Origin: an uncultured Smithella sp.
GTDB lineage: Bacteria; Desulfobacterota; Syntrophia; Syntrophales; Smithellaceae
DNA: 64,000 nt
Direction of reading: 5' to 3'
Assembly (NCBI GenBank): GCA_964539765.1
Contig: CAZIJZ010000003.1
Span: 12,734 to 76,733, forward strand
Under the pieces are notes generated by a model. That model was given only the letters and a program-made list of their open reading frames with translations. It was not told the DNA's origin and did not search any database. Each line of letters opens with the position of its first letter. Position 1 is the first letter of the stretch. This document shows, in pieces, positions 17,071 through 26,376 of the stretch. The translations under genes and the position numbers were made by a program.

Positions 17071-18726
17071 TCAGGTTAAGGATTTTTCTAATTGTGAAAT
17101 CAGATTCCGGATGGCGTCTGTTTGCCCGTGTGTGCGCGATAACATTGTTTCAATGGTGGAAAGTTCTTCGTGAATATAGTTGATGGCCTGGGCGCGCATT
17201 CCGTCAATGGCATGGTTGACGCTTTTTTCCCATTGATAGGCCAGGCGGGATAAATTGATTTCCACCTCTTTCGGCAGGCCGTCGATAAAATGTTTTTCAA
17301 AAACGGGCCTGAATAAAAACATGGGAATAAGAAACCAGATCAGGTCGAGGTGAATGTCGAATGTTTTCGTAAAGGAAATGTCCGGATGATCGGGTTCGAT
17401 GACGTCAATCTTCCAGTCAAACTCCGCCAGTTTTACCCCCAGTACTTTTTCGATGTTGTCGCCAAGATATTTACTGAACAGGTCCAGGGACCGCGAAAAA
17501 CCGGCGTGCGCTTTTTTCAAAGTGCCCAGAAAATTTTCATGTTCGTTTTTGGAAATAACATGCATTTCTGCGGAAAGGGTTTCCGAAACCCATGCTTCAT
17601 AATGTCTCGAAAGTTTCCAGAGATTACCCTTCCAGGAAGGTATGTCGTTTTTCAGTTTTGCTGTAACTTTTTTTGTTACAGGCGCTTTAAACTGTTCCAG
17701 ATAGGTTCCGATCAGGGGACGGGTTTGCCTCTGGTGCTCGCGGGAAATGATACCCAGTTCTTCGCCCATCATGGATTCATTGACTTTTTCATTGATAATC
17801 TGTGCGCGCAGATTTTCCCGATTCAAATCCGCCTGCATGGATGCTTTGAGCGCAATTCTTAAATAGCTGAGGCAATTTCGGGCAAGCGAGTGAACTTTAT
17901 AATGCAATATTCTCAGAAATTCATAATCTCTGTTAGCGCAGATTATTTTGAAAATATCTTCTTCCACGCGTTGTTTGAACTCACCGGTGTTGCATTTCGT
18001 TGAATAAAGGTAAACCGGCAGGGCCCGATGAAGTTCGCGCTGCAGGGTTTCCTGAAAAAACGAAACGACTTCCTTTTGCTGATCCGGTGAAAGCATATCC
18101 GCTTTGGTGAGCAGCAGAATAATGTTGGGGGTATGACCGGTCAACTCGCGAATCAGCATCAGGTCATGTTCCGCAAGAGGCCGGTCGGCGCTGACGGCCA
18201 GAAGCGCCGTTCCGACCGCCGGCAGCCAGTGCTCGGAAGTGGACTGGTGATACTTATAGACACTGCCCAGCCCCGGTGTGTCAACCAGACGAAGACCGGA
18301 ATATTTCTGCATCGAAGGCAATTCAATGTCCACAATGGCCACGTTTTTATCGTTGCCGGGATTTTTGGCCTCCGATGTGAACTCTGCGATCTCGGCCAGC
18401 GGGATTTCGGTTGTGTGCCCGTCAAAATGCTTCACCAGGACTCTTTCTTTGTCTCCATGTTGCAGTCGGGTGATGGCGGTCGTGACAGGGATGGCGCCGA
18501 CCGGCAATACATTCTGGCCCAGCAGGCTGTTTAAAAAAGAACTTTTTCCCGCCTTGAACTGTCCCATAACGGCAACATCGATCGGAGGATTATCTGCGAG
18601 AAGCGTTTGAGCGGTTTCCAACTGGCGATTCAGGGAAACCATCTGAAACTGTTCGCCAGCGGCAGCAATGGTTTTTAGAAGACTGTGAAGATCGGAACGT
18701 TTTGTGCTATCGGGGATTTTTTCCAC
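17071..18726 (-). CDS. bacterial dynamin-like GTPase
   Basis: 551 aa with G1 GQFKAGKSSFLNSLLG, G3 DTPGLGS and G4 TKAD. It has a long helical stalk and a hydrophobic paddle-like segment, LIWFLIPMFLF, near the C-terminus. Confidence 0.85.
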   Translation of the reverse strand: MEKIPDSTKRSDLHSLLKTIAAAGEQFQMVSLNRQLETAQTLLADNPPIDVAVMGQFKAGKSSFLNSLLGQNVLPVGAIPVTTAITRLQHGDKERVLVKHFDGHTTEIPLAEIAEFTSEAKNPGNDKNVAIVDIELPSMQKYSGLRLVDTPGLGSVYKYHQSTSEHWLPAVGTALLAVSADRPLAEHDLMLIRELTGHTPNIILLLTKADMLSPDQQKEVVSFFQETLQRELHRALPVYLYSTKCNTGEFKQRVEEDIFKIICANRDYEFLRILHYKVHSLARNCLSYLRIALKASMQADLNRENLRAQIINEKVNESMMGEELGIISREHQRQTRPLIGTYLEQFKAPVTKKVTAKLKNDIPSWKGNLWKLSRHYEAWVSETLSAEMHVISKNEHENFLGTLKKAHAGFSRSLDLFSKYLGDNIEKVLGVKLAEFDWKIDVIEPDHPDISFTKTFDIHLDLIWFLIPMFLFRPVFEKHFIDGLPKEVEINLSRLAYQWEKSVNHAIDGMRAQAINYIHEELSTIETMLSRTHGQTDAIRNLISQLEKSLT

Positions 18727-19026
18727 AAAAAACTCCTTCAGGATAATTTCCTGCAGGAGTTATCAGCAATGAATGCGGTTGAAAGGTGAACTCCATCACC
18801 CTGTTGTATTAAAAAACTGCAGTAAACATATGCAAAAAAGAACTTTAAGTCAATATGATTGTTCAGGGGATTAATGCCGGAATTTGTAATTTTATTCGTA
18901 TTCTTATCTTAACACTGGTCAGTTTTTATTTAAATAACAGGATGGGCATGTTATGTTTAACATAACCCATTGATTTGATTTCCAAAACCAGTCTAATAAA
19001 TTCAACTCATGTTATTTTAAACATAA

Positions 19027-19055
19027 TTGACAGACTGCCGGTCAAGTTGTATGAG
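19027..19055 (+). promoter_or_regulatory. sigma70-like promoter of fdhA
   Basis: TTGACA (19027-19032), a 17-nt spacer, then TATGAG (19050-19055). Confidence 0.5.
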
Positions 19056-19097
19056 TCACAACTGACATATGCCATCACTGGCATATGTCAGTTGTGA
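19056..19097 (+). promoter_or_regulatory. perfect 19-bp inverted repeat at the predicted fdhA transcription start (operator or 5-prime leader hairpin)
   Basis: tcacaactgacatatgcca-tcac-tggcatatgtcagttgtga. It starts immediately after the -10 box and ends about 20 nt before the RBS aaggtgg. Confidence 0.7.
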
Positions 19098-19127
19098 TAT
19101 TAATTTTTTAATAAGGTGGACAAGATT

Positions 19128-21836
19128 ATGAGTGATACATTTCTATTAAACGGAAAAGAGACGCCCTTTACACAGGGGCAGACGATTGTAGATGCGGCGA
19201 AAAACGGCGGCGTTGAAATTCCAACGCTCTGCTATTTGAAAGGTTCTAAACCGACCGGTGCCTGCCGTATTTGCTGTGTTGAGGTCAAGGGAGCGCGCTC
19301 CCTGGTGGCGGCCTGTTCCACGCCGGTAAATCCGGGAATGGAAGTACTGACCGATACAGAAATGGTTCATAAAGCGCGAAAAATGAACGTTGAGTTTTTA
19401 TTGTCCAGTGGCAGACATAATTGCCTGATGTGCGAATCCAATGGCAATTGCCGACTTCAGGATTTGGCTTATTTTTATAAAATTACTACATTGCTGTTTC
19501 CGGAGAAGGATGAAAAAGATATCTATCCCAAAGAAGATCAGAATCCATTTATCGTTCGCGATTTCAGCCGCTGCATTCTTTGCGGCCGCTGTGTGCAGGC
19601 CTGTAATGAAGTGGTTGTGAATCGGGCCATCTCGCAGGGTTATCGCGGGAAGAAAAGCAAGATCGTCACCGGTGGTGACACAGCGTACGACGATGAAATC
19701 AGCGAATGCGTTTTCTGCGGACAGTGCGTGCAGGTCTGTCCGGTCGGCGCGTTAACGGAGAAAAAAGCCAAAGGTCTGGGACGCCCCTGGGAAACGCAGA
19801 AAATTCGCACGACCTGTCCGTACTGCGGTGTCGGTTGTCAGCAGTTATTACATGTGAAAGACGGCAAGATTGTCAAGGTCACGGCGGTTGAAGATGCCCA
19901 GCCGAATCAGGGCCGTCTTTGTGTGAAGGGACGCTTCGCCTATGATTTCATTTATTCGGAAGAGCGTTTGAAAACGCCGCTGATTCGCGAGACAAACGGC
20001 GAATTCCGCGAAGCATCGTGGGATGAAGCGCTCGATCTGGTGGCGAATAAATTGAAAGAGATTATCAAAAAAGACGGGCCGGATGCCATTGCCGGCGTCA
20101 GTTGCGCCCGCAGTATCAACGAAGATTCCTATCAGATGCAGAAATTTTTCCGCGCGGTTATCGGTACGAATAATATCGATCACTGCGCGCGTACCTGACA
20201 CGCTCCCACCGTCGCCGGTCTGGCGACTTCTTTCGGTTCGGGCGCGATGACCAATTCGTTTGCCGATTACGCGAAGGCGAAAATGATTATTCTGGTCGGC
20301 ACCAATATCACCGAGGCGCATCCGGTCGCTTCCACGTTTGTGAAGGATGCCGTGCTTAACGGCGCCAAGTTGATTGTGATTGATCCGCGGCGTACCGATA
20401 TGGTTGATTTTGCCGACATGTTCATTCAGCTGAAAGTCGGCTCCGACGTGGCGCTGATTAATGCTTTGATGAATGTTCTCATCACGGAAAATCTTTACGA
20501 TAAAAAATATGTGGACTCTTGCACGGAGGGATTTGAGGAGTTAAAGAAAAAGGTAATGGAGTACACGCCGGAAAAAGCCGCGAAAATCAGCGGCATTTCC
20601 GCCGATACCATTCGCGAGCTCGCCCGCACGATGGCTTCCGTCAAGCCCGCCATGCTGATGTACACGCTCGGCATTACCGAACACATCTGCGGCGTCAACA
20701 ACGTGATGTCCTGCGCCAATCTCCAGATGATGCTGGGCAATGTCGGCGTTGACTGCGGCGGCGTCAACCCCCAGCGCGGTCAGAATAACGTTCAGGGCGC
20801 CTGCGATATGGGCGCGCTTCCCAATGTATTCCCCGGCTATCAGCAGGTAGCCAATGCGGACGCCCGGGCGAAATTCGAAAAGGCCTGGAACGTCAAATCG
20901 CTTCCGGACAAACCCGGCATGATGATGCCGACAATGATGAAAAATCTGACCACCGGAAAAGTCAAAGCCTTTTATGTTTTCGGTGAAAACCTGGCCAATA
21001 CCGAACCGGATATTCATCATGTCGAGCGTGAACTGCAATCCGCGGAGTTCCTGGTCTGCCAGGATATTTTCCCGACGGAAACCACGCGCTTTGCTCACGT
21101 GATTCTGCCTGCCGCCGCCTGGAGTGAAAATGACGGAACCTTCTCCAGTTCGGAACGGCGCATCGCCCGCGTGCGCACGGCCAGTGTGCCCCCGGGCGAT
21201 GCCAAACCCAACTGGTGGATATTTAAGGAACTGGCCAAACGTTTCGGTCACGAGTGGACGTCCAATAGCGCTCAGGAAATCTGGGATAACGAAGTGTCCG
21301 TGTTGGCCCCCTCCATGGCGGGAATCAAATACGCCCGTCTGGAAGGTGATGGACTGCAGTGGCCCTGTCCCACCGCTGATCATCCCGGCACTCCGACACT
21401 GCATAAGGGCGGAAAATTCACCCGTGGTCTGGGGATGCTGAAAGCCATTGACTATATCCCGCCTGCGGAAGTTCCGGACAAGGAATATCCGATGGTGCTT
21501 TCCACCGGTCGTCGTCTGTATCATTATCATACCCGGACGCAGACCGGACGTTGTGAAGGGATCAACGATCTGCTGGGTGAGGAAACAGCCGATATATCCC
21601 CGGCCGATGCCGAAGCCAAAGGCATTAAACATGGCGAGAAGATTCTGGTGAAATCGCGACGCGGCAAGGTCGAGGTCAAAGCCAGGATAACAGAAGAGGT
21701 TCCGCAAGGGCTTGTCTGGATGGCCTTTCATTTCCGCGAAGCTTGCGCGAACTGGCTGACCAATCCGGTTTACGATCCGATGACACAAACGGCGGAATAC
21801 AAGGCCTGTGCGGTAAAAATAGAGAAATTGAAATAA
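19128..21836 (+). CDS. fdhA: formate dehydrogenase alpha subunit, selenocysteine-containing, with N-terminal 2Fe-2S/4Fe-4S domains
   Basis: Two track ORFs (19116-20198 and 20247-21836) are in the same frame and joined by TGA 20196-20198. The context DHCART-U-HAPTVAGL matches the FdhF active site (CARVUHGPSVAGL). Other motifs are CPYCGVGC and CGQCVQVCP. I prefer the ATG at 19128, which lies 8 nt after aaggtgg. Confidence 0.9.
20196..20227 (+). other. UGA(Sec) codon plus SECIS-like hairpin
   Basis: The hairpin gtcgcc-ggtct-ggcgac (20211-20227) begins 12 nt after the UGA. The apical loop contains GGUC, as in the E. coli fdhF SECIS. Confidence 0.75.
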
Positions 21837-21848
21837 AAGGAAATCAAA

Positions 21849-21881
21849 ATGTCCCGCTGTAAAAAGCGGGACATTTTTTTA
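21849..21881 (+). terminator. rho-independent terminator after fdhA
   Basis: atgtcccgct-gtaaaa-agcgggacat followed by TTTTTTT. Confidence 0.85.
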
Positions 21882-21968
21882 ATGTATTTATTAATCGTAA
21901 AAAGAAAACAGCCGAAAAACCTGTTAAAAATAATCCCGGAAAAGATAAAATTTTTTATTATGTTTTAT

Positions 21969-21995
21969 TTGACATAGCGTTATTTTTAATATAAC
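21969..21995 (+). promoter_or_regulatory. putative modA promoter with overlapping GTTAT-N7-ATAAC inverted repeat (ModE-like operator candidate)
   Basis: TTGACA at 21969-21974. The repeat cGTTATttttaatATAACc at 21979-21995 overlaps the spacer and -10 region. Confidence 0.4.
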
Positions 21996-22039
21996 CTTCC
22001 TGCAATTTATTATATAGAAAAAGGGAGGCCCTATTCTTT

Positions 22040-22813
22040 ATGAAGCGATCAAAATTCAAACTTGCAGTTACAGAAATTTTATTAATGGTGATTGGCGCGG
22101 CTGTTTTTGCGCTAACACCCAATCAAGCTTTTGCCGAGGAAAAAATTTCCGTCGCGGTAGCGGCAAATTTTATATCGGCCTTTAAAGATATAGCGTCTGA
22201 TTTTGAAGCGAAAACAAAAATTAAAGTCGAAGGCACTTTTTCTTCCACGGGAAATCTTTACAGTCAGGTCATCAACGGCGCGCCCTATGATTTGTTTTTA
22301 TCCGCCGATGAAGCAAGACCGGCCAAACTTCATAAAGACGGTCTCGCTGAAACACCATTCATTTATGCCCAAGGACAGGCGATTCTCTGGTCGGCCAATA
22401 AGGACTTCTGCAAAGCGAAGACCTGGCCGGATGCCCTGAAAAGTGTACAGGTCAAAAAGATAGCGATCGCCAATACACAAACTGCGCCTTACGGAGCGGC
22501 TGCGCAGAAGGCCTTGGAAAAGACCGGGTTGTGGACCGATGTACAGAGCAAACTGGTTGTTGCGCAATCGATTGCGCAATCGTTTCAGTATGCCTCAACG
22601 GAGTCGGTTGACGCCGGTTTCTGCGCCCTGTCGGCTACATCCAGCCCGGAAGGGAAGAAGGGCTGTTTTTATATTTTGAATGAAGCACCGGAAATTATTC
22701 AGTCGGCCTGTCTTTTGAAAAGAACAACGAATCGCGCCGCGGTGGAGAAATTTGTTGAATTTCTGGTTTCTCCGGCGGCGAAGGAAATAAAGGTTAAATA
22801 CGGTTATCGCTAA
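22040..22813 (+). CDS. modA: molybdate/tungstate ABC transporter substrate-binding protein
   Basis: 257 aa with a signal peptide. It has ModA-like blocks (ISVAVAANF, TFSSTGNLYSQVINGAPYDLFLSADE, PYGAAA) and lies directly upstream of modBC. Confidence 0.85.
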   Translation: MKRSKFKLAVTEILLMVIGAAVFALTPNQAFAEEKISVAVAANFISAFKDIASDFEAKTKIKVEGTFSSTGNLYSQVINGAPYDLFLSADEARPAKLHKDGLAETPFIYAQGQAILWSANKDFCKAKTWPDALKSVQVKKIAIANTQTAPYGAAAQKALEKTGLWTDVQSKLVVAQSIAQSFQYASTESVDAGFCALSATSSPEGKKGCFYILNEAPEIIQSACLLKRTTNRAAVEKFVEFLVSPAAKEIKVKYGYR

Positions 22814-23473
22814 ATGGATTTTCTCGCGCTTTACGTGACATTAAAACTGGCACTGGTGACAACCATCTTTTTGATGGTCATCGCTGCGCCTGTCGCGTAC
22901 GCGCTGGCCTATTACCGTTTCGCGGGAAAATCTTTTCTGGAAGCGCTCATCTATCTGCCGATGGCTCTTCCTCCCACGGTCATCGGATTTTATCTGATTA
23001 TCATCATGGGTCCTAAAGGTTTTGTGGGTAAAACCTGGGAGATGCTTACCGGCGGTTCGCTGCTTTTTACTTTTATCGGAATAACGGTTGCGTCCATTAT
23101 TTACTCGATTCCCTTTGCCGTACAGCCGATGAAAGCGGCATTTTCCAAGATAGACCGCCGCTTGCTGGAGTCCGCCTACGTGTTGGGCTTGTCCAAACGC
23201 GCGACATTTTTCCGGGTGATTGTTCCCAATTCTATCAGCGGGATCGCCGCAGCCGCCATTCTGGTTTTTCTGCATTCGATTGGCGCGTTCGGTGTGTTGC
23301 TGATGGTCGGCGGCAGTATTCCGGGCGAAACCAAAGTGGCATCCATCGCGATTTACGAAGCTGTGGAAATGATGGATTACCGGGCTGCTGGAATGATCGC
23401 ATTGAGCTTCATCCCGATCAGTTATGCCTTTTTATTGCTGATTAATAAACTGAATGAGAGATCACGCGCATGA
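22814..23473 (+). CDS. modB: molybdate ABC transporter permease
   Basis: 219 aa with about 5 TM helices. A binding-protein-dependent permease loop, ESAYVLGLSKRATFFRVIVP, is present. Confidence 0.85.
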   Translation: MDFLALYVTLKLALVTTIFLMVIAAPVAYALAYYRFAGKSFLEALIYLPMALPPTVIGFYLIIIMGPKGFVGKTWEMLTGGSLLFTFIGITVASIIYSIPFAVQPMKAAFSKIDRRLLESAYVLGLSKRATFFRVIVPNSISGIAAAAILVFLHSIGAFGVLLMVGGSIPGETKVASIAIYEAVEMMDYRAAGMIALSFIPISYAFLLLINKLNERSRA

Positions 23474-24183
23474 CCATAGAAGCTTCTTTTAAAAAGAAAC
23501 TAAAATATTTTGATCTGGACATTGCGTTTTCCTGCGCGAAGAAAAACATGGTGGTGATGATCGGACCATCCGGCGGCGGCAAAACGACAATCATCCGTAT
23601 GCTGGCGGGTCTGGAAAAACCGAAAGAGGGAAAGGTTCTGTTCGGCGATGAAGTCTGGTTTGATTCCCTGCGGCATATCAATGTTCCACCGCAGAAACGA
23701 CGTCTGGGTTATGTTTTTCAGGACTATACGCTTTTCCCTCATCTGAATCTTTACGAGAATGCGACCTTCGCCGCCGTGGATAAAAAGGAAGTGGATGAAC
23801 TTTTCGAGCTTTTTAAGATCGACCATCTGAAGAAGCGCAAGCCGCACATGGTTTCCGGCGGAGAGCGCCAGCGGTGCGCGATTTGTCAGGCGCTGGCCCG
23901 ACATCCCCGCATCCTGCTTTTGGACGAGCCTTTTTCGGCGCTGGATGCCATCACGCGGCGCGGCCTGCGCGAAGAATTGAAAAATTTGAAAGGCGACATG
24001 TCTTTCCCGATTATTTATGTAACGCATGACATCACGGAAGCCCTGTATCTGGCGGATGAACTTCTGCCGGTTGTTGAGGGCAAAATTGACAATCAATGGT
24101 TGCAACGGATGATTACACGCGAGCCTTCACAGGAAGTAGCTTTGCGCGCCGCGCGCGAGCCACGTTTATCATTAGTTTACTGA
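23470..24183 (+). CDS. modC: molybdate ABC transporter ATPase (short form, no C-terminal TOBE domain)
   Basis: 237 aa with Walker A GPSGGGKTT, signature VSGGERQR and Walker B LLLDEPFSALD. It overlaps modB by 4 nt. Confidence 0.85.
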   Translation: MTIEASFKKKLKYFDLDIAFSCAKKNMVVMIGPSGGGKTTIIRMLAGLEKPKEGKVLFGDEVWFDSLRHINVPPQKRRLGYVFQDYTLFPHLNLYENATFAAVDKKEVDELFELFKIDHLKKRKPHMVSGGERQRCAICQALARHPRILLLDEPFSALDAITRRGLREELKNLKGDMSFPIIYVTHDITEALYLADELLPVVEGKIDNQWLQRMITREPSQEVALRAAREPRLSLVY

Positions 24184-24223
24184 GTTTGATTCAAAAAGGA
24201 TATTAGCAATTAAGGAGCAAAAT

Positions 24224-24805
24224 ATGAACATCTGTACCTATTCCTATGAAGAATACATCCATCTGGTAAAATCATTCCACGGAACACTGGCGCCCGGCCT
24301 GCTGATCGGCGGTTTTATCGTCGATCTGGCGATGAAGAATCTGCCCGAGGGAGAATTTTTTGACGCTGTCTGCGAGACTCCGGTTTGCCTACCCGACGCC
24401 GTGCAGATTTTGACGCCGTGCACCATCGGCAACGGCTGGCTCTCCATCGTCAATTTCGGCCGCTTTGCCGTGACGCTTTATGAAAAATACACCGGCAAGG
24501 GTGTGCGGGTTTATCTGGATACCGAAAAACTCAACAACTGGCCGGAAGTGCGCGACTGGTATTTGAAAAAGAAGAAAAAAAACGAACAGGATTCTGATGT
24601 CCTTATGGCGCAAATCAAAGAAGCCGGACACAAACTGCTGAGTGTGCAGAAGGTTCAAGTCGAACCGGAAAAAGTCCGCCGCAAAAAAATGGGACCCGTC
24701 GGAATCTGTCCGGCCTGTGGCGAGGCCTATCCTTCAAAACACGGCGAAAAATGTCTGAATTGTCAGGGAGAAACACCTTACTCGGAAACTTCCGCGGTCA
24801 AATAG
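24224..24805 (+). CDS. FmdE/FwdE-family protein with C-terminal zinc ribbon
   Basis: 193 aa. FHGTLAPGLLIGG is typical of the FmdE family. The C-terminal CPACG...CLNCQG forms the zinc ribbon. Confidence 0.75.
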   Translation: MNICTYSYEEYIHLVKSFHGTLAPGLLIGGFIVDLAMKNLPEGEFFDAVCETPVCLPDAVQILTPCTIGNGWLSIVNFGRFAVTLYEKYTGKGVRVYLDTEKLNNWPEVRDWYLKKKKKNEQDSDVLMAQIKEAGHKLLSVQKVQVEPEKVRRKKMGPVGICPACGEAYPSKHGEKCLNCQGETPYSETSAVK

Positions 24806-24892
24806 CAAAATATCATTAAAAATTATTTGCATCATGAGGTATGCTGTTTCACAAATTCTGAATGGTTCTCAGAGAAATTTGAAGGTTGTTGA

Positions 24893-25501
24893 TTGTTCCC
24901 TAAAGCATTCAAAGAATGGCTGTTGATTTTACTGGTTTTTATTATCTTCGGTTACTTTATTTATGAGAAACTGGAGCAAAAGCGCATTGCCGCCATCGGG
25001 CCGGTAGAGGAACAGCCTGTTCAGGAAAGAACGAATAAGCCATCACTGCAAAGAGATGGTTATAACATTCAACCGGTTGCCCGTTACGCAGTCCGCGCCA
25101 AGGTACTGTCCTCTGAACGATACAGAATGGGACGAATGTCGGATTTATCTCCCCTGGATCTCGCACTGGGCTGGGGCCCGATGTCACGCAATGACGTCAT
25201 CGAAAAACTGGATATCCGTCAAAGTAATCGCTGGTATTATTACTCTTGGGAAGACAGGCCGCCCATCGATCCCGCTGATATTGTCCGCTCCTCCGCCAAT
25301 ACCCATCTGGTTCCCGCCAGTGACAGCGTGAAATCCCTGCTGTTCAAGGTGCGCGCCGGTGAAATCGTTAAACTTAAAGGATACCTGATAAATATCAAGC
25401 ATCGTGACGGATGGACGTGGAACTCTTCACTGACCAGAGAAGACAGCGGCGCCGGGTCGTGCGAATTAATGTGGGTGGAAGAAGCGTTAATCGACAACTG
25501 A
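24893..25501 (+). CDS. membrane-anchored hypothetical protein
   Basis: 202 aa with a TTG start and an N-terminal TM helix (LLILLVFIIFGYFIY). I recognise no catalytic motif. Confidence 0.55.
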   Translation: MFPKAFKEWLLILLVFIIFGYFIYEKLEQKRIAAIGPVEEQPVQERTNKPSLQRDGYNIQPVARYAVRAKVLSSERYRMGRMSDLSPLDLALGWGPMSRNDVIEKLDIRQSNRWYYYSWEDRPPIDPADIVRSSANTHLVPASDSVKSLLFKVRAGEIVKLKGYLINIKHRDGWTWNSSLTREDSGAGSCELMWVEEALIDN

Positions 25502-25537
25502 AGAAGCAACTTAGACACATAAATAAAGGATTTATCC

Positions 25538-26308
25538 ATGATCACGTCAGGGACTGTTTTAAAACGTCTTTATGAACGGCTGGAGGGATCAGCGCAAAAT
25601 CGCAAAGTTGCTGATTTGCGCATCGGGTTGAGCTATGTCGGAATAAAACTTGATAACGGTTCCGCGGGACTTGCCGCTATCCTGCCGGGGAGTTCCGCAC
25701 GCGGCTGCACGGTTTTAAAGGAAGCGGGGACATACGTCGGATCATCCGCGGCTGAAACATTGAAATATCTTGTGGAGGCAAAAGACGCTCTGCGCAGGGC
25801 GATCGGTGTGGCGACGGCCAACGCGCTTGTTTTTCCTAAGGCAGGAGATAACGAAGACCGTGAAGCGACAACTTTTCTTGATTTAAAGTCTGGAGAAAAA
25901 GTGGCTATGGTGGGTCTGTTTGCTCCGTTAGTCGAACGCATTCGATCGACCGGCGCGACGCTCACCATTGTTGAAAAAAACCCGGAACGCCTCGATTTGC
26001 TTTCCCCGGAGGATAAAGAAAAGGCGCTCAATGAATGTGATGTCGCGATTATTACCGCAACCACGCTTCTGAATAATACGTTTGAAGAAACGATCGATTT
26101 GCTGGGCGCGCCGCGGTCGGTGATTCTGATGGGGCCTTCCACCCCGCTTGTTCCTGAAATCTTCCACGACACGCCAGTTACTCATCTGGGCGGCTCGGTT
26201 GTTGTTGATGCCGCGAAAGCGCTGCAAATCATTTCCGAAGGCGGCGGCACGCCGGCGCTGCGCCCCTGTCTGCGTTTTGTGAATCTTCTCTTAACGCAGT
26301 CGGAATAA
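25538..26308 (+). CDS. DUF4213/DUF364-like Rossmann protein (putative metal-chelation family)
   Basis: 256 aa. Its architecture and blocks (IGLSYVGIKL, VAMVGLFAPL, DVAIITATTLLNNT) are consistent with the DUF364 family that is often linked to Mo/W loci. Confidence 0.6.
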   Translation: MITSGTVLKRLYERLEGSAQNRKVADLRIGLSYVGIKLDNGSAGLAAILPGSSARGCTVLKEAGTYVGSSAAETLKYLVEAKDALRRAIGVATANALVFPKAGDNEDREATTFLDLKSGEKVAMVGLFAPLVERIRSTGATLTIVEKNPERLDLLSPEDKEKALNECDVAIITATTLLNNTFEETIDLLGAPRSVILMGPSTPLVPEIFHDTPVTHLGGSVVVDAAKALQIISEGGGTPALRPCLRFVNLLLTQSE

Positions 26309-26376
26309 GTCTGGAAAAACACCTGCTCCGGATCTGATTTCCGCCGCTCTCGCACAAGTCATGGTGAAAAAATATT

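Noticed and set aside
20541-21788. 415-aa minus-strand ORF antisense to fdhA, and similar cases (32255-33106, 35869-37077, 37836-38852, 44870-45847, 59868-60674, 60954-61538)
   Set aside because: All overlap well-supported genes on the opposite strand. They have no RBS or motif support and show skewed Arg/His/Gly-rich composition.
19116-21836. Interpreting the split FDH ORFs (19116-20198 + 20247-21836, and 29107-29682 + 29731-32235) as pseudogenes or two-subunit genes
   Set aside because: The halves share one frame. The break is a single TGA exactly at the conserved Sec/Cys active-site position, and a SECIS-like hairpin follows.
21882-22039. Moco riboswitch upstream of modA
   Set aside because: The region is very AT-rich, and I cannot find the conserved GC-rich helices and internal-loop motifs of the Moco RNA. 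A protein operator (GTTAT-N7-ATAAC) seems more likely, though it is not proven.
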